From contig QPGO01000023.1 in assembly GCA_008632985.1 (NCBI GenBank), forward strand, positions 741,681 through 805,680: a DNA stretch of 64,000 nt. The letters are read 5' to 3'. Positions 12,216 to 25,300 of the stretch are shown here, piece by piece. The stretch is from Psammoneis japonica (lineage: Eukaryota). Positions within the stretch are counted from its first letter, which is position 1. The number at the start of each line of letters is the position of its first letter. Below the pieces are notes generated by a model that searched no databases, was not told the origin of the DNA, and worked only from the letters and a program-made list of their open reading frames with translations. The position numbers and the translations under genes are program-made.

Positions 12216-14310
12216 TTACATAATCCCAAACATAGGATCAACTTCTTCCCCTTCCGTTAACGCAGGATCCGGAAGTGGTCCGTCCTCCAGCTGATCCGTA
12301 GAAAACCCGCCATCTTCGTCGAAAATGGCACTCATTGCGTCATAATTAATTTTTCGAGAAATTTTGCGGGTCGACACGGCAGCCAACAGCGCCTCTTCCG
12401 TGGTTGTAGGTTCTTCTGGTGGAGGCTCTTCTCCCGTTTCACGTCGTCGCTTACGCCCTCGATAACGGGCGCGTCCCTCGGCTTGGGCGGCTTCATCCTT
12501 TTCCCGGTCTTTTGATGCTGCTTCGGCAGAAAGGCGTTCACTCTCCTTGCGCTGTTGCTGAGCCAAGTATTCCTTATTGAGGCTGTTAAAGATGGCCTCC
12601 TTCTGGGCTACTTCTTCCTCGTCCCGAAACAAGCTTTCAACGGTCTCATTAATGGACTCGGGCATGTTTTGTTTCCACTCGTCGAGATTAATCTTTGCTT
12701 CCGTCGGATGTGTCGACTCTGCCAACTCCTCTGCTGTGGCTTGATTGGGCAACACCAACGCCCTTCCATTATTTCCCAGGGGATACATGTGGGTGAGCGA
12801 ATCTGGCACCTTGGCGACTTGGTCTCTCGTGACAATTTGAAGACTGTTTGGGTCTTCTGGGGAGGATTCCGAATCTTGTGTGTCAGTCGCTTCTTTTAGA
12901 TCAGCCTCTAGTGATTCATACATGCTTTTGAATTTTTCTTTGGTCTGATTGAGTTTGCTAGGCTTCTCCCTCCATTTCTTTTTAGACTTCTCGCCTGCAT
13001 GAGGATCGTCCAAGGCTCCGCTAGTGAGCAGCTCGACATTATTTTCTTGAATCGCAACAGCTCGAGCCTGCAAATAATGGAGAAAGGATAAACGGCATGG
13101 GGTGAGGATCCACTGATGAAATCCAGGGCATTTGGTGAGAGGCCGCTACTAATCCGGAACTTACCTCTTGATTCGATTCTTGGTAAAGATCGGAGGATCT
13201 GCCTCACTGTCGAGTTCGACGGTATTGAACTGCTCAAGTGTAAGCAGTGCACTTGGGGTGTTCTCGAATTCCTTGACGCGATTCGTTACCGTCATTCCGC
13301 ATACCTGAAGCAAGGAAGAAGAGAAGAGACGATAAAACATATTGTAAGTACCTTATTCAGTTATTCGACTTCCTTTCCGATAAGACTTCACTTACTCGTA
13401 AGATCTTGGTGACATCCTGATGGTGTCTCGAGAAACCGTGAGCCCTTGCGGCAATCAACAGGGCGGCCGCACAAATTCCAGCAGGTCGCCGTCCCGCAAC
13501 AATCCAATCTCGCTTCATCCTTCCAACCAGTCTCAGGGCGGTGAGAGCAACCGCATTAGCCTTATCGTCTAGATCCAAATGTGCAGCAAAACGATACACG
13601 TAAAGTGCTGGGTCGATAATCTCCAGTTTGAGACCAAGCAACCGTCTGAACTTCAAAAAGCACGTTCCGAGCGTATACACGTTGACTTGTAACGCATCAG
13701 AGAAATCAATCAACATATGCTGACTTTTTTCTTGTCGGCAGGCAATATACAGACAGGCCGCCACCACGTGAGTAGTTCGACGACCCTGAACAAAGTTCTT
13801 CTCAACCGCAATTGTAAAGAGTCTGTGAGCAGCATCGACATAGTGAGATCCCAATCGAAGTCTACTAGCCACATCTTGAATTCGTCTACGACCATTTGCA
13901 AGCGTCGTTTCTCTCGAGTCCCGACTAAAGCCATATCGACCTCCCCGACCGCCGCTGCCTCCCGTGTATGCCTTTGAACTGGTAGCAGACACAAACTGCC
14001 CCACCATGCTAGAAGAACCTCCCGCACCCTCTACAAATTCCACTGACGAAACAATTGCGTTTTCCTCCACGACGACTCCACATCCCGTACAAATAGATGC
14101 TCCGGACGCATCGTGTTGTTCAATATCTTTCGAACCGCAATTGGGACAAATCAAGGTTGATGATGCCGACGGCGAGGCACGATTGTTAGGAGGGACTTCA
14201 CCACCGCCGCTATCCTGTCCTTCCGCTGTAGACACATATTCCTGACCTCCTCCTTCCTCATTATTTGTCCACTCTTCCGCAAAGCTTACTTCCCGAGTTG
14301 ACATGTTCAA
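12216..14310 (-). CDS. BRF1: TFIIIB subunit BRF1, 3 exons (introns 13395-13305 and 13164-13068)
   Basis: TFIIB zinc ribbon CPNC..CTGCG, cyclin folds (NFVQGRRT..V.AACLYIACRQE; MKRDWIVAGRRPAGICAAAL), C-terminal SRKINYD; exon 2 is 1 nt short of frame, probably a sequence error. Confidence 0.93.
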
Positions 14311-14572
14311 GATGCTGTAAGTTTAGCGTTCCAGCTGCACACGCCGCCATCGAGAGCAACAACTGGCAAACAGTGTGCGTTTGTTGCGTCTCTGTCTTCG
14401 CCGCCATCGCCTATTCTCGATCGAGCTCGCTTCTGAAAACGGACGCCGGCAAGGCGCATCTTCCACTCCTTGCGCACGCGCGGCGCGATTCCTCATGACT
14501 CCAATTTTTGTACATCGGTTGAAACTTGAAACACATAAATGGATGGACTTACTCCACCGTGAAGATGAAGTA

Positions 14573-15003
14573 GAGGCTCCTTGAGTGGGCAAGGCATCAA
14601 GCACAGACATTGATGGGCTGCAAATTTCCTCCTCAATGTGGCCCAAGACGTGCGCCTGCACCGGTTGTTGCTTGCTTGCTCTCTCATCTTTGTTTGCCGC
14701 TGTGGCCTTTTCTCCCTCAATTCTTTTTTCTTTCCTCTGTTTCTTGGATTTATTTATCATGCATTGATCAATCATTGGAGGCAGGGTCAGAGTTCATCAA
14801 TGTGGCAGTGGAGCAGTCTGCTTGGCAGGGCCTGCGTCCAGGCGTCTGTCAGCCAAGAGCAGGAACATCAAGAAAAAAAGAAGAAAAAGGAAGATCTAGA
14901 ATCTAGAGAGAATGAGCCAGACAACTTGTGGACAGGTCTCTCCTCCATGGGGTCAGAAGCACATGGTGGTCCCTTGATTCCAGCTCTCTCAACAGGCTGA
15001 AGC
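14573..15003. other. Small TpA-depleted island, possibly a short TE relic
   Basis: About 430 bp with only ~4 TA (two in CTAG), rich in TG/CA, between BRF1 and the first HSF gene. Confidence 0.45.
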
Positions 15004-16050
15004 TAATGCTTTGGGCCTCCCTTCTGAAATGAAAGAAAGGTCAAGACACACCAATGTCAAAGACAGACAAAGACGACAGATACAGCACGACTGACTCCTC
15101 ACGTTCTTGGACATACTGGTCGTCTGTGTACATGGGGGTGCATGTACAAGAATACGCAAGAAGTGTACTACTCTCATGACGTCGAAGTGTCAGATCTGTC
15201 ACGTGGATCTGTCATACGAAACTGCGTACCTGAATGAGTGGATCTGACTTCACCCGGACAAAAGTGGATCGATACCAACGAGCGAAGGTCAGAAATCACG
15301 ATAAAAAAGTCGTGTAAATGTCATAGCTTTGCGGCCGTTAAAAAATGTCGGCAGTATGATCAATTCGAAGAACAAATCTCACGGTCTCTCGTCAGGAAGT
15401 TCCTGGTTGTTCCTTGGGAGTGCTCCCGCTGGTGCATGGGTCATAAAAACCCATACAAATCAATGAATGTATTAGAACTTATTTGTGAATATCCAAGAAA
15501 TCGAAAAAAGGGGTCTTTTGTGTTAAATAAAGAAATTTCGAATTGATAAGACGGGTTATGTTTTCTTAACAAATCCAAAGATGTCGGCAAGATATAGCAA
15601 GACCCGAAGGGCAATTAGATTGTTAAATAAAACTAAAAATGATTTACGAGACATTCTGAAGATACAGCAAATCCTTTTTCGTACTTACAAGAATCGACGA
15701 TCGTTAAGTAAATAATTCGTGACTCGAATTAGGGTCTTGTCTATATCACGTGAACCAATACTGCAAAATGTCTGTTTTTTATTTAAGGCTATGCAATGTC
15801 CGGGATGTGGAGTCGCTCTTGGATGACCGGATTCCTGTCCACGCATGATCTTTACAATTCTACACATTTGTATATAATGAAAAAAGAAACGTCATCTAGA
15901 AAGTCGTTATGTGTTCGAATTCTACGTAAGATTTGTATGTGCTTCTACGGGTTGAATTCGCCGTTGAGGGCGAATCTCATTCAGAAAAATGTCACGCTTG
16001 CACACAACAAGACACAAAGCACAGAAAGGCTGAAATCGCTCAAGGGCAAC

Positions 16051-17299
16051 ATGAACATGTCGAACTCGTCACCGATCGACCAGGTACCCGAACGGGTCGA
16101 ACGATGTGAAGATGATCCAGCACGCACAGAAGAGATCCCTCGTGGACTGAAGGACCCCGTCAGTCCCAAGAAAGAAAAGGGAGCTGGCACCGAAATGGCC
16201 GCCGCTGACGCACTCACAAGCCTCGTTGACTCTCCCAAAAAAGACGATTCTGGATCAGGCGATGAGAAGCCTGCTCCAGAAGATACCTTTGTTCTGCCTG
16301 AGATCTACACAAGAAACGGTAGGAAGAAGGCAATTCCGTTCCCTCTCAAGGTAAGAGCATATACAGCCAGTCGTGTTGTTGCCGTATGATTGAGTTTGTG
16401 CGGTATGTTTGTCATAATTTTTGTCCCAGAGACAGTTTTTAAAGGCCTTGTTGAAACGATATTGCGTTGACTAATCACAATTGTCGCGTGTCTTTTGCAG
16501 CTCATGAGGGTTCTAGCTCCAAGGAATACACTGACGTGATCACGTGGCTCCCCGATGGCAAGTCCTTCACGATTATCAACCCGAAGGCCTTCACGAACGA
16601 AGTTCTCCCCGCGCACTTCAAGACGGCCAAGTACTCTAGCTTTACGCGCAAGCTCCACCGCTGGGGCTTTCAACGGCATTTGCGTGGTAGTTCTGCTGGA
16701 GCGTTCTTTCACAAGTACTTTATGCGGAACAGGGTCGATTTGGTGCGCAAAATGACGTGCCACAAGCCGAAGTCCTCTGCCGGAGGCGCCGGCCAGGCGT
16801 CGCCTGGAGCAGTCCCTCCATGGGAGCGGCAATGCCACAACCCTTGTCGTTATCTCAGCTAGCTCAACCTGAAGAACGCAGTCTATTCCAAGGAGGAGTC
16901 CCCCAAGGTAGTGCCGAGTTGAATGATGCTATTGAGCTTGAAGTCGCACGGCGATTGCGCGAGAGAATCGCCGCGGCGTCTCTCTCGAGGCAGGCCCTTG
17001 CTGCGTATCAGCAGCAGCCAATGATGGATCCTTTGGCAATGCAGTTGAATGCGGCCGCCTTTAACCAGAATCAGCTAGGAGGGATGAACCCCATGTTGGG
17101 TCAAGCGGCAGGAATGGGAGGTCTGAACTCGGGCTTTGGCGCCAATCCTGCTCGCTTTGGGGGAGGAGGCATGTCTGCTGTTGCGGCTATGAGAGAAGCA
17201 CAACAACAACAGGCTTTGTTGATGGGCTTATCGCCGCAGCAAGCGCAGGGTCTTGATTTGCTCAAAAACATGAATAACAACAACGACGGCAGTGCATGA
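16051..17299 (+). CDS. Heat-shock factor (HSF DNA-binding domain) gene 1; intron 16351-16500; two apparent 1-nt frameshifts
   Basis: PFPLK|LM..., ITWLPDGKSF, HFKTAKYSSFTRKLHRWGF, FFHKYFMR; Q/G/M-rich tail; frame breaks near 16514 and 16817. Confidence 0.85.
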
Positions 17300-17437
17300 T
17301 GGGGATTGTATTCGTCTTGGTGTTTCACGTCAAAGGATTGGATAGCTGAATGAGTTTACATATAGTTGTATGTTTGTACCGTGATTGGTGTTTCATAGTA
17401 AGCTAGTATGTTTGATACTTACGCGGTTGATATGAAC

Positions 17438-18090
17438 TTTAAAACTGAGTCTATGCAACAGAAGGCCCTAGAGAGTTGTTCAGTCATTCGCAAGCGACGC
17501 GGCGAAAGCTGGCTTCCTTTTGAATAGTGCAGCACCGTAGTATTTAGTAGGCGATCGTTAGACGATTCGCATCTTTAGACAATAGCTCCACAAACTGCAA
17601 GTTGAAAACACTAAGTACAAGAAGTATGTAGCCAACCGTTCACAAATTGTGATTCAAGTCTTGGACCACATTCTGGTCTCGAGAGGGAAGCTCGTAAACA
17701 GCATTCAACGCTTGGTTCTTCTACTTGGGACCTGAACTCTAAGGATACTTGGGACCTGAACTAACTCTACTAAGGAGAAGCTTGGAACATATTGTTTAGA
17801 AGAATTTTAAAACTGACTCTATGCAACAGAAGGCATGCGACGCGACGAAAGCTGGCTTCCTTTTGAATAGTGCAGCACGGTAGTATTCAGTAGGCGATCG
17901 TTAGACGATTCGCATCTCTAGACAATAACTCCTCTAACTTCATGTCGAAAACATCAACTGTGTAACCAACCGTTTGAAAATTGTGATTCAACTCTTGGGC
18001 CACTTTGAGCTTAGGATTCTAGAGTTCAAATCTTGGCTCTTCCACTTGGGACCTAGACTCTAGAGGGAGAAGCTTGGAACAACTTGTTTA
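17438..18090 (+). repeat. Diverged tandem duplication (copies start at ~17438 and ~17806) with internal sub-repeats
   Basis: tttaaaactga(g/c)tctatgcaacagaagg ... gaaagctggcttccttttgaatagtgcagcac ... ggagaagcttggaaca occurs twice; ttgggacct-type sub-repeats. Confidence 0.9.
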
Positions 18091-19334
18091 CAAAGCAAGC
18101 AACTTCTGTGCCCGCAAGTGAATTAGGTCTTGGCTCTCGGACCACGTTGAACTTGGGACTGTATGTACAGTAGTTAGTCTAAACTAGAGTCTCTAGTAGA
18201 AATGTCAGCGCTTGACATTATTCTGCCACTCTGATCCTTGGGGGGGGGGGGGGGGAGCTCGAAAAGGGCGCAGTAAAATTAGTTACTATCGTTGTCGTAC
18301 CTACAAACAACTAACAACTGATTTAGCTCTTGGCTCTAGGACTACTTTGAACTTGAGATCTGGAACAAGAGAAGAGAGAAGCTCGGAAAATGCTTTCATG
18401 TTTTGAAGCCACCTTCATTTCCTGGAGAGAAAAGCCAGGAAATGCAAACAAACGCAACAAACTCCCTGTTTTAGTCTACCTGTATTCATCATATTACCGT
18501 TTCTATCTTGATGAAGCTGGAGGTAGCCTAAAGCAGTACTAGCAGGTATTCATAGGGCCCTGCCGCTCTCTACTAGCTAGCTAGAGTAGAAGCTAGCTAG
18601 TAGCTACTACTCCGAGTAGTTAGCTAATAGAGAATAGAGAGTGATTATTAGACTAGTGGACGGAGACGACTCAGTCAAACGCGCAAGTGAATCGATTCAC
18701 TGCAAAAGTCACACAAGTAACGCGTGTCTTAATGACTTTTCAGTGGACATATCATCCTTCGCAAATCGTCTACTAAACTTTATGCCCGTACTATTTTTGT
18801 ACGAAGACAGTCATTACTTCTCGTAGCGAAGTGTATTGAATTTTGAATATTCGTGAACATATTTGATTAATTGATTTGCATGTCTACTCTATAAATATTT
18901 CGATATAAATGTTGAGAGAGGGGCATTGTCGTTTTCGCTTCCGTTAGACTTCTTGTCGGTCATGTGACTCCAGAATTTGTGAAAAGCCGCGTCTTCAATA
19001 TTTATCATAGTAAAATCGCTCAAAATTATTGTTGTGGATGACTTTTATCCGTTTCAATAAATATGCCTTTTGTCACTGGCATTGTCTGCATCTTTGAATT
19101 CCACCTCACTTTTGTGTACCAGGCGTACTCGTGAATTCGTCGTGGCACAGGCCCAACAAGAAACAACCAACGAACACAAACCGAAGTCAACACATCTCGA
19201 CCAAGACTGCACACACGGCTTTCACGTTGTTCTTACTCGTACTATCTCGAGAACCAAGTTAACATCCGTTGATGCAATCTCTCAGAACGGATTCCTCTTG
19301 TGGACTAGAAATGCCCAGACACTCCCTGCAAACA

Positions 19335-20807
19335 ATGGCTAATTCGAGTGCTACTTCTGGCGAATGCCATGGAGCCTGTGCAATGGCAAGTAGTAAGTCC
19401 AATGCGGGCAATACCAACGGTGTCAACTCTCTTGGTAAATTGGCAGACGAACTTGACGCCGCAGCGGCCCTTACCAGTCTCTTAGGCTCTTCACAGACCA
19501 CCTCCATTAAATCTAGTGAGGTCGTGGTTGAGCACAAGTCGCGTGAACCAGAGCAGGTAGCGAAAGAGCTTGTTGCTTGCCCACTAGAAGAGTTTAAAAA
19601 GGGTGGAAGGCGGAAAAATATGCCATTTCCATTTAAGGTGAGCAAGCAAGACCAAATTAGTGGCCTCAAATACTTCGCACGATGATAGTTCACGTGTTTT
19701 GCAGTCGAGTGCGTGAGTCATTGTAACTTGTAGCTAACACGACACACGTGCGACTCCTTTGTTTAACCGCAGTTAATGCAGCTTTTAGACTGCTCAGTGC
19801 ATTCTGACATCATTAGATGGTGCAAGGACGGAAAGTCATTTGAAGTGCTCCATCCAGCAAAATTCTCCAAGCGCGTGTTGCCATTGGTGTTCAAGGATGC
19901 CAAATTCTCCAGCTTCACCCGCAAGCTCTATCGTTGGGGTTTTACTCGGAGAGGCGAACATGAAGAAGACCGGGGCGCATTCTACCACAAAGACTTTGTT
20001 CGCGGAAGGATTGACTTGCTGCATACCATGAAGCCTCTTTATCAGCAGCAGTATCGCAAGGCAAAGGCCTCCGACGCAAATCAAACGAGGATGGCTGAAA
20101 TGACGGCCGATGCTGTTGCGACAAAGAAGGTAGCAAATACAGCCGTTCAGTCGTCAGTGGCGCCCAACAACCGCTCTGTAGCACAAGATTCTTCCTTACC
20201 GACCTCTCCGAAACAACGAGAACTCAAAACAGAAACCTGTGACCAGCAATTGGGCGATGTTGGTCAAGGCGCTTACTTTGGCCCATCCTTGGAGGTTGAG
20301 GTCACAAGACGCCTTCAAGAAAAAATGACCGCGGCTACTTTATCGAGACAAGCTTTGGCTGAAATAGAATCGCGGCATGTACAAGCGCTCATCTTGAAAG
20401 AGCAGCTGAAAAGGAATGAGCAGCTACGTCTCCAGGCTGAAATGGAGTCGCGCGATTTGGAAACCCAGGTTCTCCGAGAGCAGCTGCAGCTCCGAGCGGC
20501 TGCAATTGAAGACAGCAAAAGGCAGCTACGCCTCCAAGCTTCTTCTCTTCTAGCTGATCCGGTAGCATCGAATCACCTTGGTAGCTTGGGATACCAATCT
20601 GGTGACCTTGTGACAGATGCCCGGGTTGGTATCGGCGAGCAGTTCCACAGTGCAGGTTTAGGATTAGATCCCATGATATCAAGTGGCATTCATAGCGGTT
20701 ACGCCTCTACCCATTCAAGGTCTATGGATAGTCTTCAAGAAAAGATTGTTCTTCAAAAGGCTGTTGAGGCTCTTGGGCCTCCGAAGGTTAATAGTCTCTT
20801 CAGGTAA
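19335..20807 (+). CDS. Heat-shock factor gene 2; intron 19638-19772
   Basis: PFPFK|LMQLL, IIRWCKDGKSF, FKDAKFSSFTRKLYRWGF, FYHKDFVRG; same intron position as HSF gene 1; start codon uncertain. Confidence 0.9.
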
Positions 20808-21338
20808 AACGCAATTTTGCTGCGTGGACACGTGTGTCAGTTGATCGAAGATTAAGATGGTGATTCATTTATTTGTGCATACTGTAAATGACTAAGTCTA
20901 CTTTAGCTTTATGGTGAAGTACTTACTCTAGCTTGCCAATTCCAAGAAGCTCGCACTATTGCGAGTTGGCTCAAGCCCGGGCCAGCCGAGTGCGCAAGAC
21001 TACGGTAGTTTTGATGGAGCGGTAGAAAATAGATCTAGAGTATGAATATTACCAAAATACGAGTGCAATGGAAATCCCTGCGACGACTTTTTCTTGGAAC
21101 GGAAACGTTGGAAAATAAACATGCATCGTGAAAAAGAATGCGTACGATACGGCCTCAGTTTGCAAACGTTTGGTTTTTGGTGACAAGGGAATGTAGAAAA
21201 AATGCAGGACGGCTGCACCGTGTGCCGTCCACAAAAGTCACACAGACACAGACTTCTTGACAATGTGTGTGCGGAAGACTGCGATGAAGAAACATGAGAG
21301 AGAAAGTCTGTCGCAAAAAGGTGATGCATGACTCTCAT

Positions 21339-22229
21339 TCAAGAGCACCAGAGGATGGCATCATTAAGAATTTGATCCTTTTCACGTTCCCCTCCTACAA
21401 TCTTCTCATTAAGCGCATGGCTTGGAGTCCCATTGGTTCCTCCAGGCTTGTAGATGGCATCACATGAGGCAAGCATGATTTCGTTTTCCAATGCTTGTTT
21501 AGCATCCTCAAGACAATCGGCAAAACTTACAGGATCTGCCGGCATGACCGATGACGACGTGGCATTTAAGCTTGAAAACCAATCTTGAAGCATGTCATTG
21601 ACAGTCTCATTCGAGGCAAACAACTTGAGCTCGAATTGGTTGTCAAAGAGCTTCAAGGCCATGTCCCAATGCAAGCCTTGGTGACCAGCACAACGCGTGG
21701 CTACAGCGGCTTGGCAGGACACATGGTCAAGCACTTTGGCTGCCGCATCTCTCAAGGCAAAGGAGACGCAGCCTTGTTCCACATGGCCTTTGTCAATCAA
21801 GTTCTCTTGAAAGCATTCACATGCCCATTTGCTGCATGGGCATAAAAAATCATTGTACATGACGAGCGCCATGGGGGCATCTGGGCTGCCCAAGGAAGCA
21901 GCATTGAAGCTCGAAAATGAGGATGATGACATCATGTTGCTGCTGTTGTCTTGGGAAAGAACTACGAGCAACAATTTAGCCAGTGCCAGCAGCAGCAACA
22001 AGCTTGCGCAAAAAGCAGGAAGCATCATGCAGCCGCTCCAGCGGCTGCGTGGTTTGCCGAGACTCTTCTCGCAGTTGCCATTGGCTTCATGATCCATCAT
22101 GACGATCGTGTCATTCTCTTGCAGTGGGGCATCATCCTCCATCGCTGTGACACCCTTGTTCAACCTGACAAGCTCAGTTTCCACATCCATCTTGAGGCGT
22201 TGATGCTTTGGAACACACTCTGGCACCAC
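21339..22229 (-). pseudogene. DsbA-like thioredoxin-fold protein with N-terminal TM anchor, partly TpA-mutated (probable pseudogene)
   Basis: LGSPDAP..LVMYNDFLCPCS, AA.ATRCAGHQGLHW, FADCLED, GTNGTPS motifs; Cys/His at positions usually Tyr (CPC for CPY, GLHW for G.YW). Confidence 0.7.
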
Positions 22230-22234
22230 GGCAG

Positions 22235-22286
22235 ACTCTCTCTACTCTCTCTCTAGAGAGTGGATGGCAGCCACTGCAGATGGCAG

Positions 22287-22315
<29 letters not shown>
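22235..22315. repeat. (CT)n and (GA)n microsatellites
   Basis: ctctctctactctctctct at ~22235-22254 and about 14 GA units at ~22288-22315. Confidence 0.9.
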
Positions 22316-22317
<2 letters not shown>

Positions 22318-22329
22318 TCCAAAATCGAT

Positions 22330-25300
22330 CCGCGTTTCACTGGGTCCCGCGGGTCACATCTGCGTTTTGCTGGGGCCCGGGCAATGGTGCCTTCAAGGAG
22401 CAGGGATCATCTTGAACGCAATGAGTGAACGAAGTTTCGTGTGCCGCGCGAGGCTGACCCACAGCACGTGGGAAGATGTGGTTGGACGGTGTGATGTGTG
22501 CAGTCGGATTGCAACCTGCCATTGATGAGCCACGTGTTGACTCCAGTGACTGCAGAAAATGAATGACAGAAATGTCCAGCTCTTTGCTGGTGTGATCAGA
22601 GGGCAAGTTGTTGTGGACATGTTTTTGGACATTCAGGGGCAAAGTTTGGCAACGAACAACTTTGAAAAACACCTGCCACATCATTTTGCATTGGTGCTGG
22701 ATTGGGAAAAGACAGGTTGTGAGCAGGAGTCATTCACAACTGCACTGTCATTTGCATCTTCACCTGTGGTGGTGGCACCGCCACGAGAGAAGAGTGAGCG
22801 GGTCCGGCAAACACGGGCTGCGAAGATGACAAGAAGCCGGCACACATGGTTGTTGGCACAGCCATGTTGAGCCTTCCTTTTGGAGTGCAGTGTCAGGGAT
22901 GACCGCTCTTCCCATGTGCCATGCATCCTTTTCCCTGCAGCAAATGTTGCTGCCTCTCCACACAACATGGGGCCGGCGGGTTTCTGTCCTGCACGTTGCA
23001 ACTTCAAACACTGCTCAATTTGTTGGTGGTGGATTTGCCCACATTGTTGCCAACAAAGATGTTGCACCCCCCAAACAGCAGCTGTTGCCATGCCAGGTTG
23101 TGCACTTGCATGTGCTCCAACAGATGGACATTTCTGCTCAAACATTGAAAATTCAAGCCACAATTTAAAAACAGCAAAAAGAGCTGCAAAAATGCAAAGC
23201 CATCTTGAAGGAGAGCAGGAAGCAGGCCAGACCACAGAAACTGAAGTCAGATCATCCACCAGAGTTGGGCTGTGACGGTCATGTGAAGCATTGGTCAAGC
23301 TCAACAAGGACAACATGTGGTGTGTTTTGTGTGACTCAGGAAGGAGGGCCGCCAAAAAAGCTTCAAGCTGCACATCACAAAATGGAGCAGTGCCAGATGA
23401 GGAAGAAAGATCAGCACTTGTTTTGTTTGGGTGTAAAAAAAGAAGAAAGGATGCAGAAAAGGGCGTGGGTGACCCTGATTGTGTGGGTTCCGACAGAAGA
23501 TTTGTTGTCATTGTGGCGGGAATGCGTGTGAGTCTTGTGACAAAATGAGCATGTTCAAGAAAAAAGCAAGCTTGTTGAAGATGCATCTGATGGCAATGGG
23601 GAGAAAGAAGAAGAGTCAGAATCTGATGAAGGCAGAGGCGGTTCTTCAGAAGAGGTGAAGTGAGTGCATTCACAAGCTGCAGGGCCTGGATCAGGAACCA
23701 GTGACATTGGAGCAGCACTTGCAGTGGGCGTTGCAGGCAGTGGTGCCAAAGGACTTTTCAAAATTTGCTGAGTCCTGCAAAAACAACTTGGATTTTGTCA
23801 ATGACAAGTCTGTGGAAGAGCTGGTCAGCAAGAACATGCGTGAGATTGCAAGGTGCATTGCAGCACTCAATCTTTCCACTTGATCAACCATGTGCCATGT
23901 GATTCAGAGTGTGACAAGAAGTGACACCCAGCTGTTTTGATGGAGAGCAAGGCAGTTGACAAGTTTCAGTTGAGAACCTTGTGGGAAGATTTTTCACTTG
24001 TTCAAAGTGACCTGTGTTTTGAGTTTCATCAAAGAGCAGCCCTTGTCAACTCTCAACACAGGTCACATGCCAGCTCAGAATGAACAATGCTGTGATGCCA
24101 AGCTTGAGATGAAACTGCCAGGTGTTGTTGCAGCACACAAAAAAATGTCAGTGAAACTGTGAGAAGTGATGGGGAAGTTGGCTGTTTTGCTGTTGCAGCT
24201 GTTTTTGAGCAAGAGTGGAGTTCCAAGAAATTGGTGCTGCCAGGAATGTGCAATGCGGCAAGCAGCAATGGATGACAAATTTGCTGAAGCTGTGTCCATC
24301 AAGCCAGAGAGATGGGGATTTTTTGCTTTTGAAGAGATTGCATTGACCCTGTGTGACAAAACTCAGGATCATTTTGATGGCATGAACAACTTTGGGTTTT
24401 TTTGTGACTGGGTTGCTGTTGGTTCTGCAGTGCTGAATTGCTCACATTGCCTGAACAACATGAGACAGGTGCTGAAGGACAAAGGCTTCAATGTGGAAGT
24501 GACACTGGTTGTGATGACATTGCACACTCAAGGCATTGTTGGGACATTTCAAAAAACCACATTGGCCAGCCATGGGCCACAATGATGAAGAAGAGAGCAC
24601 CCCCAAGATCTTGCATGCTTTCACTGAGATTGCATGAAAGATGCACCAAAAGCCATCACTCTGCTTGGGAAGGATGACAAGAGAGGAGGCGTCATCCACC
24701 AATTTTGGCGTGATGCTGCACCACTCAATTTCAGGAAGTTGAGTGACATTTTGGTCACTTGGAGATTGGAGGGGAGTTTCAAGCTTTTTGATGATGGTGT
24801 TTGTGTGGACATGGCATGGCAATTGGCTGCTTTTGTCAATGCAGCTTTGTTGACAGATGAGGTGCAGGTGAAATTTGTAAAGCAGATGCGGGCATTTCAT
24901 GTGTGGGAAACAACTGGTCCATGCAATTCGGTGGTGTTGGTGGAGCCATTTCTTCAAAATTGCTTTTGCAGTGAGGAGGGCACATTTTTGGGGAGTTTGT
25001 GCACATTGGCAATTCATTCAAAATGATGTCAGTGGAAGCACACAGTTTTGTGGTGTGAGGAAGAAAGATGGCATCACAGTTGACAAGTCATGGTGGCCAA
25101 GTTGCCAAGATTCTTGTTGCACTGTGCCTGATGGGGCTTTCTTGTGGTGCAGGGCTGGTGAGTTTTTTGAGCACTTTGGCATGGTGGAGGACAACATGTT
25201 GGCTTGTTGTGATCCAAAGAAACAAGAAGTGTTGAAAGAAGACATGTTCGATCATGTGTGCTCCAACATGTTGCCAGCAAAACAAAGTGTGATGAAAATG

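Noticed and set aside
16501..16830. Two frameshifts in HSF gene 1 as programmed frameshifting or pseudogenisation
   Set aside because: Each is fixed by adding 1 nt. The same pattern occurs in BRF1 exon 2 and three times in the 59.9-62.0 kb gene, consistent with long-read consensus deletion errors. Reads or RNA-seq are needed to confirm.
18540..18660. CTAG/TAG-rich patch as a defined regulatory element
   Set aside because: Similar low-complexity TAG/CTA patches occur in several intergenic regions of the window, and no specific function can be supported.
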